DNA of 63,940 nt, counting the filler, from an uncultured Methanoregulaceae archaeon (GTDB taxonomy: Archaea > Halobacteriota > Methanomicrobia > Methanomicrobiales > Methanospirillaceae): NCBI GenBank assembly GCA_964530035.1. It is 4 parts of 4 records of this genome, joined end to end, with 100 filler letters (N's around TTAATTAATTAA, not from the genome) between each part and the next. Parts side by side here need not be neighbours in the genome. Positions count along the whole stretch, not along the records: positions 20,997 to 41,205 come from CAZGXZ010000024.1; positions 41,306 to 61,493 come from CAZGXZ010000025.1; 2 more parts are not named here. One strand, 5' to 3'. The notes below the pieces were generated by a model. The model was given only the letters and a program-made list of their open reading frames with translations. It did not search any database and was not told where the DNA came from. A program made the translations under genes and the position numbers. Below, piece after piece: positions 31,408 through 41,545 of this stretch (within the stretch, counting starts at the first letter, position 1; each line of letters starts with the position of its first letter).

Positions 31408-31556
31408 GACGTGGACCCGGTGTGCGGTGTGACCGCGGTATTGTATACAGGTGGGTTTGTAAGCCTTAAAATAAAACTCCTTTTTATCTCCATACTCCCC
31501 AATGTGAACATACCGGTGCAGCAGGGGTGCGCGGAAGGGGTGAGGTAACGGTGAAG

Positions 31557-32603
31557 ATGACGAAAAGGGGATGGATCACTCTTTCATTTCTGTTCAGTGC
31601 CGTCGTCATCGTCATCATCATCGCGACAACGTTCAATGCCGAAACGGTAGCTGCACTCCTTGCAATAAACGTCCTCTTTCTCCTCCTCGCCCTTGCATGC
31701 CGCATGATTGCGCTTGTCCTCTGGGGCCTGAGGATTAAGCTCATGTCACGGACGCTCGGGTACCGCGTCGGACTGTGGTACTGCGTCAACACGGTCCTCG
31801 CCAGCCTTCTTGCCGGCACGATAACCCCGGGCCAGGCGGGCGGCGAACCCGTCCGGGTGCACCAGCTGTTCAAGGCGGGTGTATCGGTTGGAGACGCATC
31901 AGCCGTCGTCATCATGGAGCGGGTCCTTGACGGCATCATTCTTACCATCATGGGACTGGTCATCATCGTGGCGACCGGATCGCTCTGGAGGACCTTCGGT
32001 CCGGCCCTTCTGGTCCTGATCGTTGTTGCCTGGGTCTTCATGATCAGTTTTCTCTCGATACCTGTCATCGCTATGAAGTACCCCGAAAAAGCAAAACGAG
32101 GGTTGATGAGGTTCATCCCGTGGGTCCTGAAAAAGGGTTCAAAGCTTGGCATCTCCTCAGAAAAGGCCATGAGCACGGTTGACCGCGAGATTGACAACTT
32201 CTTCTCGGGTATCAACCATTTCAGCGGCTCGGCGAAGTGGGGGCTTGTCGCCGGTGGGGCGGTGACGGGGGTCTTCTGGGTTTCGGAGTTCATGGTGGCG
32301 TCAGTGATCCTCATGGGGCTGGGTCTTGAACCCTTTATCCTGACCTCCTTTTTCTTCCAGATCGTCATCGCAATCGTCATGATGATCCCCCTCACGCCGG
32401 GGTCTTCAGGGATAACGGAGCTGTCTACTTCCTCCCTCTATGCCCTGATCATCCCGTCAGGACTCATCGGAATCTTCGTCCTGCTCTGGAGGACGATCAC
32501 GTTCTACTTAAACATCCTTCTTGGAGCCTTTGCCGGGGTGGTCATTTACCGGAGGGAGATGGCGGCAACAGGTACTTCTCCGCCTGTAGAGAAACAGGCA
32601 TGA
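31557..32603 (+). CDS. Flippase-like / lysylphosphatidylglycerol synthase TM (UPF0104) membrane protein
   Basis: ITPGQAGGEP, ERVLD, IPLTPGSSGITE, LLWRTITFY; GGTGAGG SD (start 31551 or 31557). Confidence 0.85.
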   Translation: MTKRGWITLSFLFSAVVIVIIIATTFNAETVAALLAINVLFLLLALACRMIALVLWGLRIKLMSRTLGYRVGLWYCVNTVLASLLAGTITPGQAGGEPVRVHQLFKAGVSVGDASAVVIMERVLDGIILTIMGLVIIVATGSLWRTFGPALLVLIVVAWVFMISFLSIPVIAMKYPEKAKRGLMRFIPWVLKKGSKLGISSEKAMSTVDREIDNFFSGINHFSGSAKWGLVAGGAVTGVFWVSEFMVASVILMGLGLEPFILTSFFFQIVIAIVMMIPLTPGSSGITELSTSSLYALIIPSGLIGIFVLLWRTITFYLNILLGAFAGVVIYRREMAATGTSPPVEKQA

Positions 32604-32715
32604 ATCATTTTCCCGATCAATCTGGAATAAAAGTGCGTTTTATCATAGGTTCCGGATCTCTGTCATGAGGACCATGACCCTGCATGAGGGGCCCGGCATT
32701 TTTTGTACATACCTG

Positions 32716-33891
32716 TTATGAATGGACAAGTGAAGACTTCCGCGACTTCCACGGGTATGGAACCATGGCAAAGAGGATCAGTGCGATGAGAACCGGTACG
32801 GGAATCGTACCGAGAGCCGCGGCGAGTGAAACCCTGTCCGCGATCATCCCGTTCACGGCCGCGCCAATACCGCCCATACCCATGGTAAATCCGAGCATCA
32901 TCCCTGAAGCCATACCCGTCCTGCCGGGCATCATCTCGTGTGACATCGCAAGAGCTACTGAAAAAGTGGACCACAGGGCGAAGCCGAAGATGATGAGGAA
33001 GATGAGAGCCACGACCCCTGTAGCGGCCATGAAGAGATAAAACGAGGGAAGTGACAGTGCAAGTGCCCCCACCGTGAACTCCTTTCTTCCGTACCTGTCC
33101 GAGAGCCACCCTCCTGCCATCTGGCCGCACACACCCGCGAGGAGCATCATGGTGACGAGAAGGTTCGCCGTCGTGATCTCGTAGCCTTTCTGGACGAGAA
33201 AGGTCGGGAGAAATGCGATGGCTGCAAAGACAGACCAGGCCCTGAAGGTGGATGCAGCAATGAGCACTGCGAACGGTTTGAGTGAACCTTGAACAGGCTT
33301 TTTTGGGATCTGGTCCTGTATTGGCAGGGTACCACCCCTGTTGGGCGGTGGAAGCATGGAGTAGAGGACCGGTGCCACGATCAGTGCCGGTATCATGAGC
33401 AAGGCCAGGCCCGGGAGGCTGTAAGCCGCCAGGATGGCCCCGGTCAGCACAGGTCCACATGAAAAGCCGATGTTCCCCCCGACGACAAAAATTGCAGTCA
33501 GGCTCCCTCTGTTCCCTTCCGAACAGAGCCTGGATACAAGAGAAAGGGCTGAAGGGTGAAAAAAAGCATGTCCAAGGGCAGCAATTGCAGCGAAGGTGAG
33601 GAGTAGCGCATAATTGGAGGCATACCCCATGAGTGCGATAAAGACTGCGCTGATAAGGAGACTGTAACTCATGTGCAGCGCCATGCCGCGGTTGTCCGAC
33701 AGCCAGCCAAGTACCGGCTGAGTGAACGAGGATGCCAGGTTGTAGGTCGTGACAAGGAGCCCGGCCATGAAATACGTATACCCGTTCTGCACGATGAGAA
33801 GCGGGATCATGGCCGGGATAACAGACATGTAGATATCGGTGACCAGGTGGCCTGAAGAAAGGATGAAGATGGTCTTCTTAGTGTCAATCAT
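32716..33891 (-). CDS. MFS transporter (Fsr-like)
   Basis: HLVTDIY, QPVLGWLSD, GHAFFHP, GGWLSDRYGRK. Confidence 0.88.
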   Translation of the reverse strand: MIDTKKTIFILSSGHLVTDIYMSVIPAMIPLLIVQNGYTYFMAGLLVTTYNLASSFTQPVLGWLSDNRGMALHMSYSLLISAVFIALMGYASNYALLLTFAAIAALGHAFFHPSALSLVSRLCSEGNRGSLTAIFVVGGNIGFSCGPVLTGAILAAYSLPGLALLMIPALIVAPVLYSMLPPPNRGGTLPIQDQIPKKPVQGSLKPFAVLIAASTFRAWSVFAAIAFLPTFLVQKGYEITTANLLVTMMLLAGVCGQMAGGWLSDRYGRKEFTVGALALSLPSFYLFMAATGVVALIFLIIFGFALWSTFSVALAMSHEMMPGRTGMASGMMLGFTMGMGGIGAAVNGMIADRVSLAAALGTIPVPVLIALILFAMVPYPWKSRKSSLVHS

Positions 33892-34097
33892 CAAAGATAC
33901 CTTCTCAAACCTGTGGCGTAATCCTGAACTGTCCGTTCGGCTCCGGCCCCGGAGGATCTCATGAGAATGATCGGATGTCATACCCGGGGTAACACCAATA
34001 AGGGCACCCAAACCCTTTCCCCGGGAACTTCAAAGGTATCCTGTCCACCCTCCCTGGGAAATATAAAATGGTGGCTGCAGTACCCGGGAGCGGGACC

Positions 34098-34700
34098 TTA
34101 CAACTGGGCTGGCCGTGCGTTGATCACCGGTGGAAGGATCCGCTGGATGACATAATCCGGGACCTGTGATGATGTCCTGATAGTCAGGTCGAAATTGGCG
34201 AGATTATTCACGACTCCCTTGTATTTCAGGGAGATCTGGAAGTTCGTGTCAATGACCGGTATGAGACCGAGGGATGTGACCCGTGCATGCCGTCCGGAAA
34301 CAACCCGCTCGTCGCCAACAGCGAGCTTTTCCCGTTTGCCATCGATGTCGGTGATCATCTCGTTTTCAAAGGAAAGGACGATGATACGGGAATTTCCAAT
34401 GGTTACCGGCTGGCCTTCGGGAAAGGAAACCGAATATGTGGTTGAATAGGGATATATCGCGTTCTGGTCCGGCGCTGCGATGGAAACGCTCATGGTGAGA
34501 AATGCAGCTGCCACTACGAGAATGGCGATGATGATGAACCCAACCACGAGTATTCCGAGCAGGCTGTTTTTTGACCTCTTCGTGCTTTCCATGGGCATGG
34601 GGCTGGAAACAGCCCCTGCCGGCCCGCCTGGCACTGGATCCCGGACCTTTCCCTGGTCCAGGCCTTCCTCCCTTTCAGGACTCATAGGATCTTCAGCCAT
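34098..34700 (-). CDS. Hypothetical single-pass membrane protein
   Basis: Disordered N-terminus, TM (LLGILVVGFIIIAILVVAAAFL), beta-rich C-domain. Confidence 0.7.
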   Translation of the reverse strand: MAEDPMSPEREEGLDQGKVRDPVPGGPAGAVSSPMPMESTKRSKNSLLGILVVGFIIIAILVVAAAFLTMSVSIAAPDQNAIYPYSTTYSVSFPEGQPVTIGNSRIIVLSFENEMITDIDGKREKLAVGDERVVSGRHARVTSLGLIPVIDTNFQISLKYKGVVNNLANFDLTIRTSSQVPDYVIQRILPPVINARPAQL

Positions 34701-34947
34701 CACTAGTACCTGGTATAGTGGTGAGGACGGGGTGGAGAAAAAGGTGATGAGTCTGGTACATCCCCCCGTAAACCATTCCTGGACACCGTTTCTGCATTTC
34801 CCGATCTGAAGCACCCTGAAATGATGAAGATCCGCATGATGGCAACGATCGCTGCCGGGATCTCAAACAGACCAGGACATCGGCTGCAGGTTCCCTGGGG
34901 GGGATCAGCCGGGATAGCCCGTGGGATGTCCGGCAACCCGGGTTTCT

Positions 34948-35865
34948 TCAGATCATAATGGTCCCATCATCTTCACACTGGTAGCTGCGGCTGGTAAGCG
35001 TATACGCCCCTCCCGAATCCCTGGCATGGATAAGAGCGTAGTAGGTCGAACCTGCTGAAGGATTCTGTACAGAAATGTAGGCATTGGAACTGCTTCTCGT
35101 ATCAGAATGGAGTGCGGGACACCATCTGGAGCGGGGGTCGCAGTCCTTGTAAAGGTAGAGATCGAAGTCCGGACCGCAGAAGGCCCGCTGAAAACTGGTC
35201 GCCTGGGTGGTAGTGAACAATGTAAGCGGGACAAGCGAGCCGCATGGTCCGGTAAGCACCCATTCTGCAGTGGTACGGGGTCCCCCTATCTTGTATGCAT
35301 AAACCCTGGTCTGGCCCTCGCTCAACAACCCTGTCTTCTGGCTTGTAATGAGCGGAGAAGAACAGGGATTCTGGGGTGTCGGTGTTACTATGGGCGTGGG
35401 TGTTGGCGACGGAGTCATGGTCGGCAGTGGTGTGGGGGTCCTGGTCGGAGTCCGGGTGGGGGTCGGTACCGTGCACTCCCGTGTTACAGTAAGGAGATAC
35501 TTCCCGTTACCGCTGCGTGCCTGGACGACAACGCACCAGAGCCCCGGTTCAAGGAACATGGTGCTTTTTCCGAGCACTGCCGGGGAAATCTTGTCATAAT
35601 GGGCCATGATATAATCGTTTGACCCGCAGGTCCCAGGTCCATCATTATTTCTGAGGGCATAGAGGTCATAAATGCCTCCCAGCGGAGAGGCCAGCTCCAA
35701 CTTCGCCCCGCAGTCGACCTGTATCTCGTGCATGACCCCGAGGCCCTGGTTCAGATAGTACGACTTCGTCCACATGATACCGGAAGCAGCCATAGCCGGG
35801 CTGGCAACCAGGAACATGAGGAGTATGCCGGTTACCATCGCTCCATAATACAGATGTGACTTCAT
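34948..35865 (-). CDS. Secreted protein with two PPC-like beta domains and a PT linker
   Basis: Signal peptide (..ASPAMA), two similar domains (YDLYA...VQARSGNGKYLL; FDLYL...IHARDSGGAYTL), GGGGTGG SD. Confidence 0.65.
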   Translation of the reverse strand: MKSHLYYGAMVTGILLMFLVASPAMAASGIMWTKSYYLNQGLGVMHEIQVDCGAKLELASPLGGIYDLYALRNNDGPGTCGSNDYIMAHYDKISPAVLGKSTMFLEPGLWCVVVQARSGNGKYLLTVTRECTVPTPTRTPTRTPTPLPTMTPSPTPTPIVTPTPQNPCSSPLITSQKTGLLSEGQTRVYAYKIGGPRTTAEWVLTGPCGSLVPLTLFTTTQATSFQRAFCGPDFDLYLYKDCDPRSRWCPALHSDTRSSSNAYISVQNPSAGSTYYALIHARDSGGAYTLTSRSYQCEDDGTIMI

Positions 35866-36193
35866 TGCTCACCACCCCTCTGTGTGAAATGGGAATATCC
35901 CTGGCTCTCCCTGGTTTTTCAGCCAGGGTTTCCATCTCCACCCCGGGTGGACCTGGTTCATGGCGGTCTTACAACCCGGGCGCGGATTGAACATGGCATG
36001 CGAGGTTATTTCAACCTATGGATGTGGATAAAATGTCAATATATGGGGCCAGGATCTGTAAAAAGAATCTTTTGAAACCAGATTTCAAGATCCCTGACGG
36101 ACACCCCTTTCCGGACCTGGTACTCCACATCCGCACTGGGTAAAAAGACATCTGTTTTTTTAAACTGAAAGCCCCACCTTTCACAGTCCTCCC

Positions 36194-37660
36194 ATGAAAG
36201 AGCAGTTTGTAGACCTCAGGGCCATTGCACGGAAGGCAATGGAGAAGTATGGGTTTGAACCCTGGTTCCCACGGCCGGTGATGCGTGAAGTCGAGGCTGT
36301 CGACGAGGGTCCGACCGGGATACCCAGGGAGGGGTCACGCGATCTCCGCCACCTGCTCTGGTCATCCATTGACAATTACGACTCCATGGACCTTGACCAG
36401 CTGGAGTTCTGTGAACCGCTGCCTGGTGGGGCTATCAATGTCAGGGTGGCTATCGCAGATGTCGATATGTGTGTCCCAAAACGTTCCCAGACCGACAGAC
36501 ATGCGGAACACAACGGCAACTCGGTGTATACGGGGGTTGAGACGTTCCCGATGATCCCTGACCGGCTTTCCAAGAATATCACCTCGCTCCTGCCCGGCAG
36601 GGACCACCAGGCGATTGTCATGGAATACAACGTCCAGAAGGACGGGAGCACCCTGCATGGCGAACTGTACCGGGCCACCGTCCGCAACAAGGCGAAACTT
36701 GTCTACGAGGAGGTAGGTGACTGGCTTGAAGGGACGGGTCCGGTACCAGCGGCAATCCGTGATGTCCCGGGGCTTGAGCAGCAGATCCATCTCCAGGTCG
36801 AGGCCATGGAACGCCTGAGAAAATACCGCACCGGGCAGGGAGCGCTTGTTCTGAACACCATCGAGGCCCAGCCGGTCATGGAAGACGACCTCGTCCGCGA
36901 CCTGGTGCTCCAGAGACAGAACACTGCCCGGTGCCTGATCGAGGAGTTCATGGTAGCTGCAAACGGGACGATGGTCGATTTTCTCGGAAACGCCGGTGTT
37001 CCCATGATCCAGCGGGTCGTGCGCGTTCCGAAGTACTGGGACGGGATAGTCAGGGTCGCAGGCTCCTATGGGGAAACTCTTCCTGCCAGTCCCGATGCCA
37101 AAGCGCTCTCGCAATTTCTTATAAGGCGGAAGGAGGCTGACCCCGAACGGTTTCCCGACCTGTCACTCACCGTGGTCAAGCTCCTGGGTTCAGGCGAGTA
37201 CATGGCGCTCGAACCGGGCAGGGAACCATTTGGTCATTTTGCCCTTGCGGTCACCGATTACACCCATGCCACTGCTCCGAACCGGCGATATGTCGACCTT
37301 GTGAACCAGCGGCTTCTCAAGGCAGCCCTTGACGGGAGACCCGCCCCATATTCTTTCAGGGAACTCGAACACCTGGCAGAATGGTTATCTGACCGGGAAA
37401 AGAGGACCAAGAAGGTGGAGCGTTTTGTGAGAAAGGCGGCGGCCGCCGTGCTTCTCAGGAAACGGATAGGGGAAGTATTCGATGCACTTGTGACCGGCGC
37501 CTCAGAAAAAGGGACCTACGTCCGGCTTCTTGACCCGCCGGCCGAGGGCCGCGTGGTCCGGGGGGAACGGGGATTGTTCGTCGGGAAGAAAATACGTGTC
37601 AGGCTGTTGAGTACTGATCCCTATAACGGTTTTATCGATTTTGAAAGGGCCAGAGAGTAA
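36194..37660 (+). CDS. RNB domain 3'-5' exoribonuclease (RNase II/R family, short form)
   Basis: SIDNYDSMDLDQ, VAIADV, LIEEFMVAAN, HFALAVTDYTHATAPNRRYVDL, C-terminal S1-like domain. Confidence 0.88.
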   Translation: MKEQFVDLRAIARKAMEKYGFEPWFPRPVMREVEAVDEGPTGIPREGSRDLRHLLWSSIDNYDSMDLDQLEFCEPLPGGAINVRVAIADVDMCVPKRSQTDRHAEHNGNSVYTGVETFPMIPDRLSKNITSLLPGRDHQAIVMEYNVQKDGSTLHGELYRATVRNKAKLVYEEVGDWLEGTGPVPAAIRDVPGLEQQIHLQVEAMERLRKYRTGQGALVLNTIEAQPVMEDDLVRDLVLQRQNTARCLIEEFMVAANGTMVDFLGNAGVPMIQRVVRVPKYWDGIVRVAGSYGETLPASPDAKALSQFLIRRKEADPERFPDLSLTVVKLLGSGEYMALEPGREPFGHFALAVTDYTHATAPNRRYVDLVNQRLLKAALDGRPAPYSFRELEHLAEWLSDREKRTKKVERFVRKAAAAVLLRKRIGEVFDALVTGASEKGTYVRLLDPPAEGRVVRGERGLFVGKKIRVRLLSTDPYNGFIDFERARE

Positions 37661-37758
37661 TCGCACTTTTTTGGCGCGGTAGCCGGCCTGGTGTAAGTTA
37701 AAAGTGCATCTGAGAAACCCATTATAGAAGGACGTTGGATGGAGAAATCAGGTGAAGG

Positions 37759-38625
37759 ATGAATATCAGGACGACCTACTCCAGGACTGCCATGTGCGTC
37801 TGTATTTTCCTGGTATGCCTCTTTATCGGTGTTGTGATGGCAGACTGGCCGGACCTTTCCGATCAAGGGGGACAAGGCGGAAGCGTTCCGGAGAAATCAT
37901 ACACGACGCCCTTCAAGGGCATACCTACTCAGGGGAAAGGTCTTGTGGGACTGCGCGATTATGCTGTTTCCAAGGTCCAGGGACCCGGGAAAATAGTGAA
38001 CACGTCCCCGGACTTCTCACCCTGGGACCATACCTCCTTCGTGAACGCCCGCCTGCCGCCAAAGACACCTACGCCGGTCAGGGCCCGGGTTCCGCCTCCC
38101 AAGGTCAATATTTCCGTCACGATCATTCCATTCTTCCTGCCGGACCTTGTGGTTGTTGAAGGTCAACGCCAGGAGATGGAACTTGCCGTGGGTGAACCAT
38201 TCGCGACAAATTATTCTGTCAGGAATACCGGCCAGAAGGATGCAGGACCATTTTATGTCCAGGTTGTACTGTCCCGGTGCCCGGACAAGCCATTCTGTAC
38301 CGGTATCGCCCCTGCCGGTGTGAACCAGACGGGTGAAGGAGGATATGCAGTCCTCCTGACGAAGTATGTCGGAAAACTGGCAGCGGGAGAGACAGTCAGC
38401 CACAGTGCTTCACTGGCGGTCCCGGATGACGCGGCTACCGGTCCCCATACGTTGTGGGTGGTGGTCGACAGCGGAAATGAGGTGACGGAGTCTAAAAAAG
38501 ACAACAACCGGGTCTCAATAGCAAGAATCGCAGTATCCCGGGAGCCACGCTGTCATCTTGAATGCCCTGGAGAGGTATTTCCGCGTACCGTCTTTGAAGA
38601 TCCCTGCAGGACCGTGTGCACGTAA
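37759..38625 (+). CDS. Secreted CARDB domain protein
   Basis: Signal-like N-terminus, LPDLVV..VRNTGQKDAGPFYV..VVDSGNEVTESKKDNN. Confidence 0.75.
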   Translation: MNIRTTYSRTAMCVCIFLVCLFIGVVMADWPDLSDQGGQGGSVPEKSYTTPFKGIPTQGKGLVGLRDYAVSKVQGPGKIVNTSPDFSPWDHTSFVNARLPPKTPTPVRARVPPPKVNISVTIIPFFLPDLVVVEGQRQEMELAVGEPFATNYSVRNTGQKDAGPFYVQVVLSRCPDKPFCTGIAPAGVNQTGEGGYAVLLTKYVGKLAAGETVSHSASLAVPDDAATGPHTLWVVVDSGNEVTESKKDNNRVSIARIAVSREPRCHLECPGEVFPRTVFEDPCRTVCT

Positions 38626-38757
38626 CCAGGTACGAATCCTGACCTGTAGCCCCTTTATTCCGGGGACCGGGTGTACTTCATACCGTCCGTCCGGGAATAA
38701 TGACGGCCATCAGGGCGCCTTCCGCATTGAGATACCTGCAACCGGTTTCGCGAGATA

Positions 38758-39264
38758 TTATTGCTGCAGGAGCAAAGGACGGAGACTGCGAGCCCATTCC
38801 GAAATGGCCGTCCAGTCCCTGAAGTCGCCGCTTGGGACCTTCAGGAGCGAAACCATCTTCCTGTAGATGAAAGAGAGGCCTGCAGCATCCAGTTTTCCTG
38901 CAAATACTATGCTAGAGACCGGTTTTACCGGTCCAAGCGCCGCGGCAAGTTTTTGAAGTGCCTCTTCAACCGATCCTGAACGTGGTTCTACCGGGGCGAT
39001 TCCGACAGCGAAGGCTGCAACAGGCATCGAACATAACGTCTCGTGGTACCGATCGGCAAACACGGCACACTCCTTCAGGACCTTTCCCATGTAGAGAGGT
39101 GCTCCCAGCACCACTGCATCATACCCCTCCAGTGAGGAAACCTGTTTCATCTCAATGACGGTGACCTGGACTTCGGGTGATTCAAGTTCCTTTCCAATCG
39201 CCTGGGCTATTTCAGCCGTCGATCCACTCTTTGTTGCATAAGCGACCAGTACCCGGCTCGTCAT
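38758..39264 (-). CDS. Flavodoxin domain protein (HemG-like)
   Basis: VLVAYATKSGSTAEIA, YDAVVLGAP, GDFRDWTAISEWA. Confidence 0.85.
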   Translation of the reverse strand: MTSRVLVAYATKSGSTAEIAQAIGKELESPEVQVTVIEMKQVSSLEGYDAVVLGAPLYMGKVLKECAVFADRYHETLCSMPVAAFAVGIAPVEPRSGSVEEALQKLAAALGPVKPVSSIVFAGKLDAAGLSFIYRKMVSLLKVPSGDFRDWTAISEWARSLRPLLLQQ

Positions 39265-39405
39265 AAATGTACCTTGCACCTCATGACAGATAGGTTCATG
39301 CAGCCGTTCCGTTCAGGGAAACGGGTGTTTTGGTATGAAGAGAAATCCTGACCTGAATGGACGGGGTACCGGGGATCGGAGGAGATTACTCCCGGCCTTC
39401 CTGTT

Positions 39406-39924
39406 TCACTCGGTCTTTTCAAGGAAAAAGCGCCATTTGCAGAACATCGTTTCAGGATGCGGACCGGGGGGGGCAAAGATGCACTCGACCCTGATGCGCT
39501 CGTCAACCTCCCGGGCAAAGCTGGTGAACTCCGCCCGGTGCATCTCCCTGCATGCATATTCCGGAAGGCCGCGCCTCAGACGGGCTTCCTGCGTGGGGCA
39601 GACCGGGACGGAAAGGATCATTTCATCATCGCTTTCCTCAATGTCGTATGAAACGATGACAGCCCATGGAAAATACCGGAGGGCCCTTCTCAATCCTTTG
39701 AGCCCCCTTTCCGCAATTGCGAACCTCTGCCTGATGTCCCGTGCTGCCATTCCCGCAACGCGTCCCCAGACCTGTTCATTCAGGGCATCAGCAGCCTGCT
39801 GGCCATACTGTTCCGTTGTGAAGATATACCAGAACGCATCGACGACACGGTAATGCCAAAGGATGAACTCAAGGTATGACCGTTTCTCATTTTCGGGCAT
39901 ATTCTCGAAAAAATCAAGGTCCAT
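39406..39924 (-). CDS. DUF6125-like protein
   Basis: [46 protein letters not shown]. Confidence 0.7.
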   Translation of the reverse strand: MDLDFFENMPENEKRSYLEFILWHYRVVDAFWYIFTTEQYGQQAADALNEQVWGRVAGMAARDIRQRFAIAERGLKGLRRALRYFPWAVIVSYDIEESDDEMILSVPVCPTQEARLRRGLPEYACREMHRAEFTSFAREVDERIRVECIFAPPGPHPETMFCKWRFFLEKTE

Positions 39925-40121
39925 GGGCCGTCCTCCTGATTGCACCTGAAATCCTCCGGCTTTTCCACTGACCACTGAGCCCATGGATACCCCGGGGGTT
40001 TCCGGTTCATGTTCAGGTGGGTCCTTACGGATACATAATATATCGTCAGGCTGCCTGCCGGCCTGGTCACCGGGTCATTGTAAGAACCCCTGTTCAAAGC
40101 CTTCAGAAATGATATAAGCCA

Positions 40122-40616
40122 TTATTTTTCAGGAATATGCCTCTCATACCAGACGATGTCAAATGGCTCACCGAACTTCACCCCGGCCTCTTGGAACCTT
40201 CCGCAGGGTGTAAACCCGTTTTTCTCATGAAACTTCAAACTTATCTCGTTTTTCGAGGCTATGTTTGCAAGAAGTGTCCGAATCCCGTGTTCACGGGCGA
40301 TCGCAACAAGGTCGTTGAGGAGCAGGGACCCGAGACCCTTCCCCGTACAAGGGGGTGAGAGGAAATAGGTGACCGTTACCGTCTGCCTGCAGGTCTGGAA
40401 AGGAAGGAACGGTTTCATGAGAGAGAACCCGCAGACATCTCCCCCTGCCTCGCAAACCCTGAAAGCAACCGCCCCATCCGCAACATGGTCCATGAATACC
40501 GGTGGGACCGGTCCTGAAGGGTAGGCAGCAAACGTGTTCTCTGCATAATGGTTGAATATCTGAAGGAGGGCATCCTTATCGGACGGTTTGGCATCTCTCA
40601 AATGATATTCGGGCAT
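40122..40616 (-). CDS. GNAT N-acetyltransferase (phosphinothricin acetyltransferase-like)
   Basis: IFNHY, GKGLGSLLL, NEISLKFHEKNGF..GVKFG. Confidence 0.85.
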   Translation of the reverse strand: MPEYHLRDAKPSDKDALLQIFNHYAENTFAAYPSGPVPPVFMDHVADGAVAFRVCEAGGDVCGFSLMKPFLPFQTCRQTVTVTYFLSPPCTGKGLGSLLLNDLVAIAREHGIRTLLANIASKNEISLKFHEKNGFTPCGRFQEAGVKFGEPFDIVWYERHIPEK

Positions 40617-40834
40617 ATCTAATCGGGTATAATATATGGAGGGTTCATGGAAATCCTTTATGGGGAAAACTCATGTCTGTGTCCTGATCCCTGGCAGCGG
40701 AACCTGTAAAACAGGTCCGCCATGGTGACATCATGAGTATTATCATTCAGACCCCCTTCTTCTGTGGTACATTCACCGGATCAACACCGGAAGCCTGAAC
40801 CCTGGAAGAAAAGGAAGAAAATTGTGAAAAAAAT

Positions 40835-40930
40835 GGCTTTGTTGAGATCCTATGATTGGAATTGCAGCTGATGGAAGTCTCTCATAACAGGGTAAATAAA
40901 ATTGAAGAGAGAGAAGATTTTAACAGAACT
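40835..40930. mobile_element. ~96-bp MITE-like element (copy A) with terminal inverted repeats
   Basis: Left end GGCTTTGTTGAGATCC; right end GATTTTAACAGAACT (degenerate complement); interior homologous to ~42503-42580, 43014-43107 and 61594-61648. Confidence 0.65.
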
Positions 40931-41205
40931 AAAAATCTCATTTTTAACGAGTAATTCTCCCTTGCCTGACATAATTAGCAGGTATTCTGCATGATTGAAG
41001 AAATGGGATCTGAAATTTTTCAGGCGTTTTTGAATGCTTCCAGACCGTGCCGAATACCGTACTCTCACCTTTCCCGATATCCTATCAACATCACCCCTTC
41101 AGTGGGGGCATACCCCCACACCCCAGAAAAGATACCCCGCCGCCCCCGATGGGCGCCCCGGCGGCGGTCTCACGGCCTTTTAAGAGGGTAAAAACCTCGC
41201 CAAGG
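40835..41205. repeat. Dispersed composite repeat copy A (truncated by contig end)
   Basis: Colinear with 42503-42860, e.g. AAAAATCTCATTTTTA, TCTGCATGATTGAAGAAA, TCACCTTTCCCGAT, GAAAAGATACCCCGCCG.CCCCGA.GGGCGCCCCGGCGGCGG.CTCACGG. Confidence 0.9.
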
Positions 41206-41305
41206 NNNNNNNNNNNNNNNNNNNNNNNNNNNNNNNNNNNNNNNNNNNNTTAATTAATTAANNNNNNNNNNNNNNNNNNNNNNNNNNNNNNNNNNNNNNN
41301 NNNNN
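41206..41305. other. Artificial contig linker
   Basis: N44-TTAATTAATTAA-N44. Confidence 0.95.
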
Positions 41306-41365
41306 TAATGTACCTTTGATCTATCGGTCGATTTTCTTATTTGAGCATTTCAACAAAGCCAAATT

Positions 41366-41545
41366 TTAAACTTTTAAAGGCCAATAGTCTCTTTTGCAGC
41401 GTTTACACCTGATTCGTTTGCCTCTCATGAAATAGTGTTCATGAGAATAGCAATAAGGGCAAATATGCTTCCCAATTTTATCCCAGAGGTATTCTAAAGC
41501 CTGATTATCATAAGATATCAGCCTCCCAAATTCTCTGGTATCCAT
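41366..41545 (-). pseudogene. IS1595-family transposase N-terminal Zn-ribbon fragment
   Basis: ALEYL..CPYC..RGKRIRCKRCKRDY pattern, AT-rich, no DDE domain follows; stops 5 nt from a TIR-like ATTTCAACAAAGCC (41347-41360). Confidence 0.6.

Noticed and set aside
37673..37740. tRNA-like start GGCGCGGTAGCCGGCCTGGT
   Set aside because: No anticodon stem, TTC loop or matching acceptor strand
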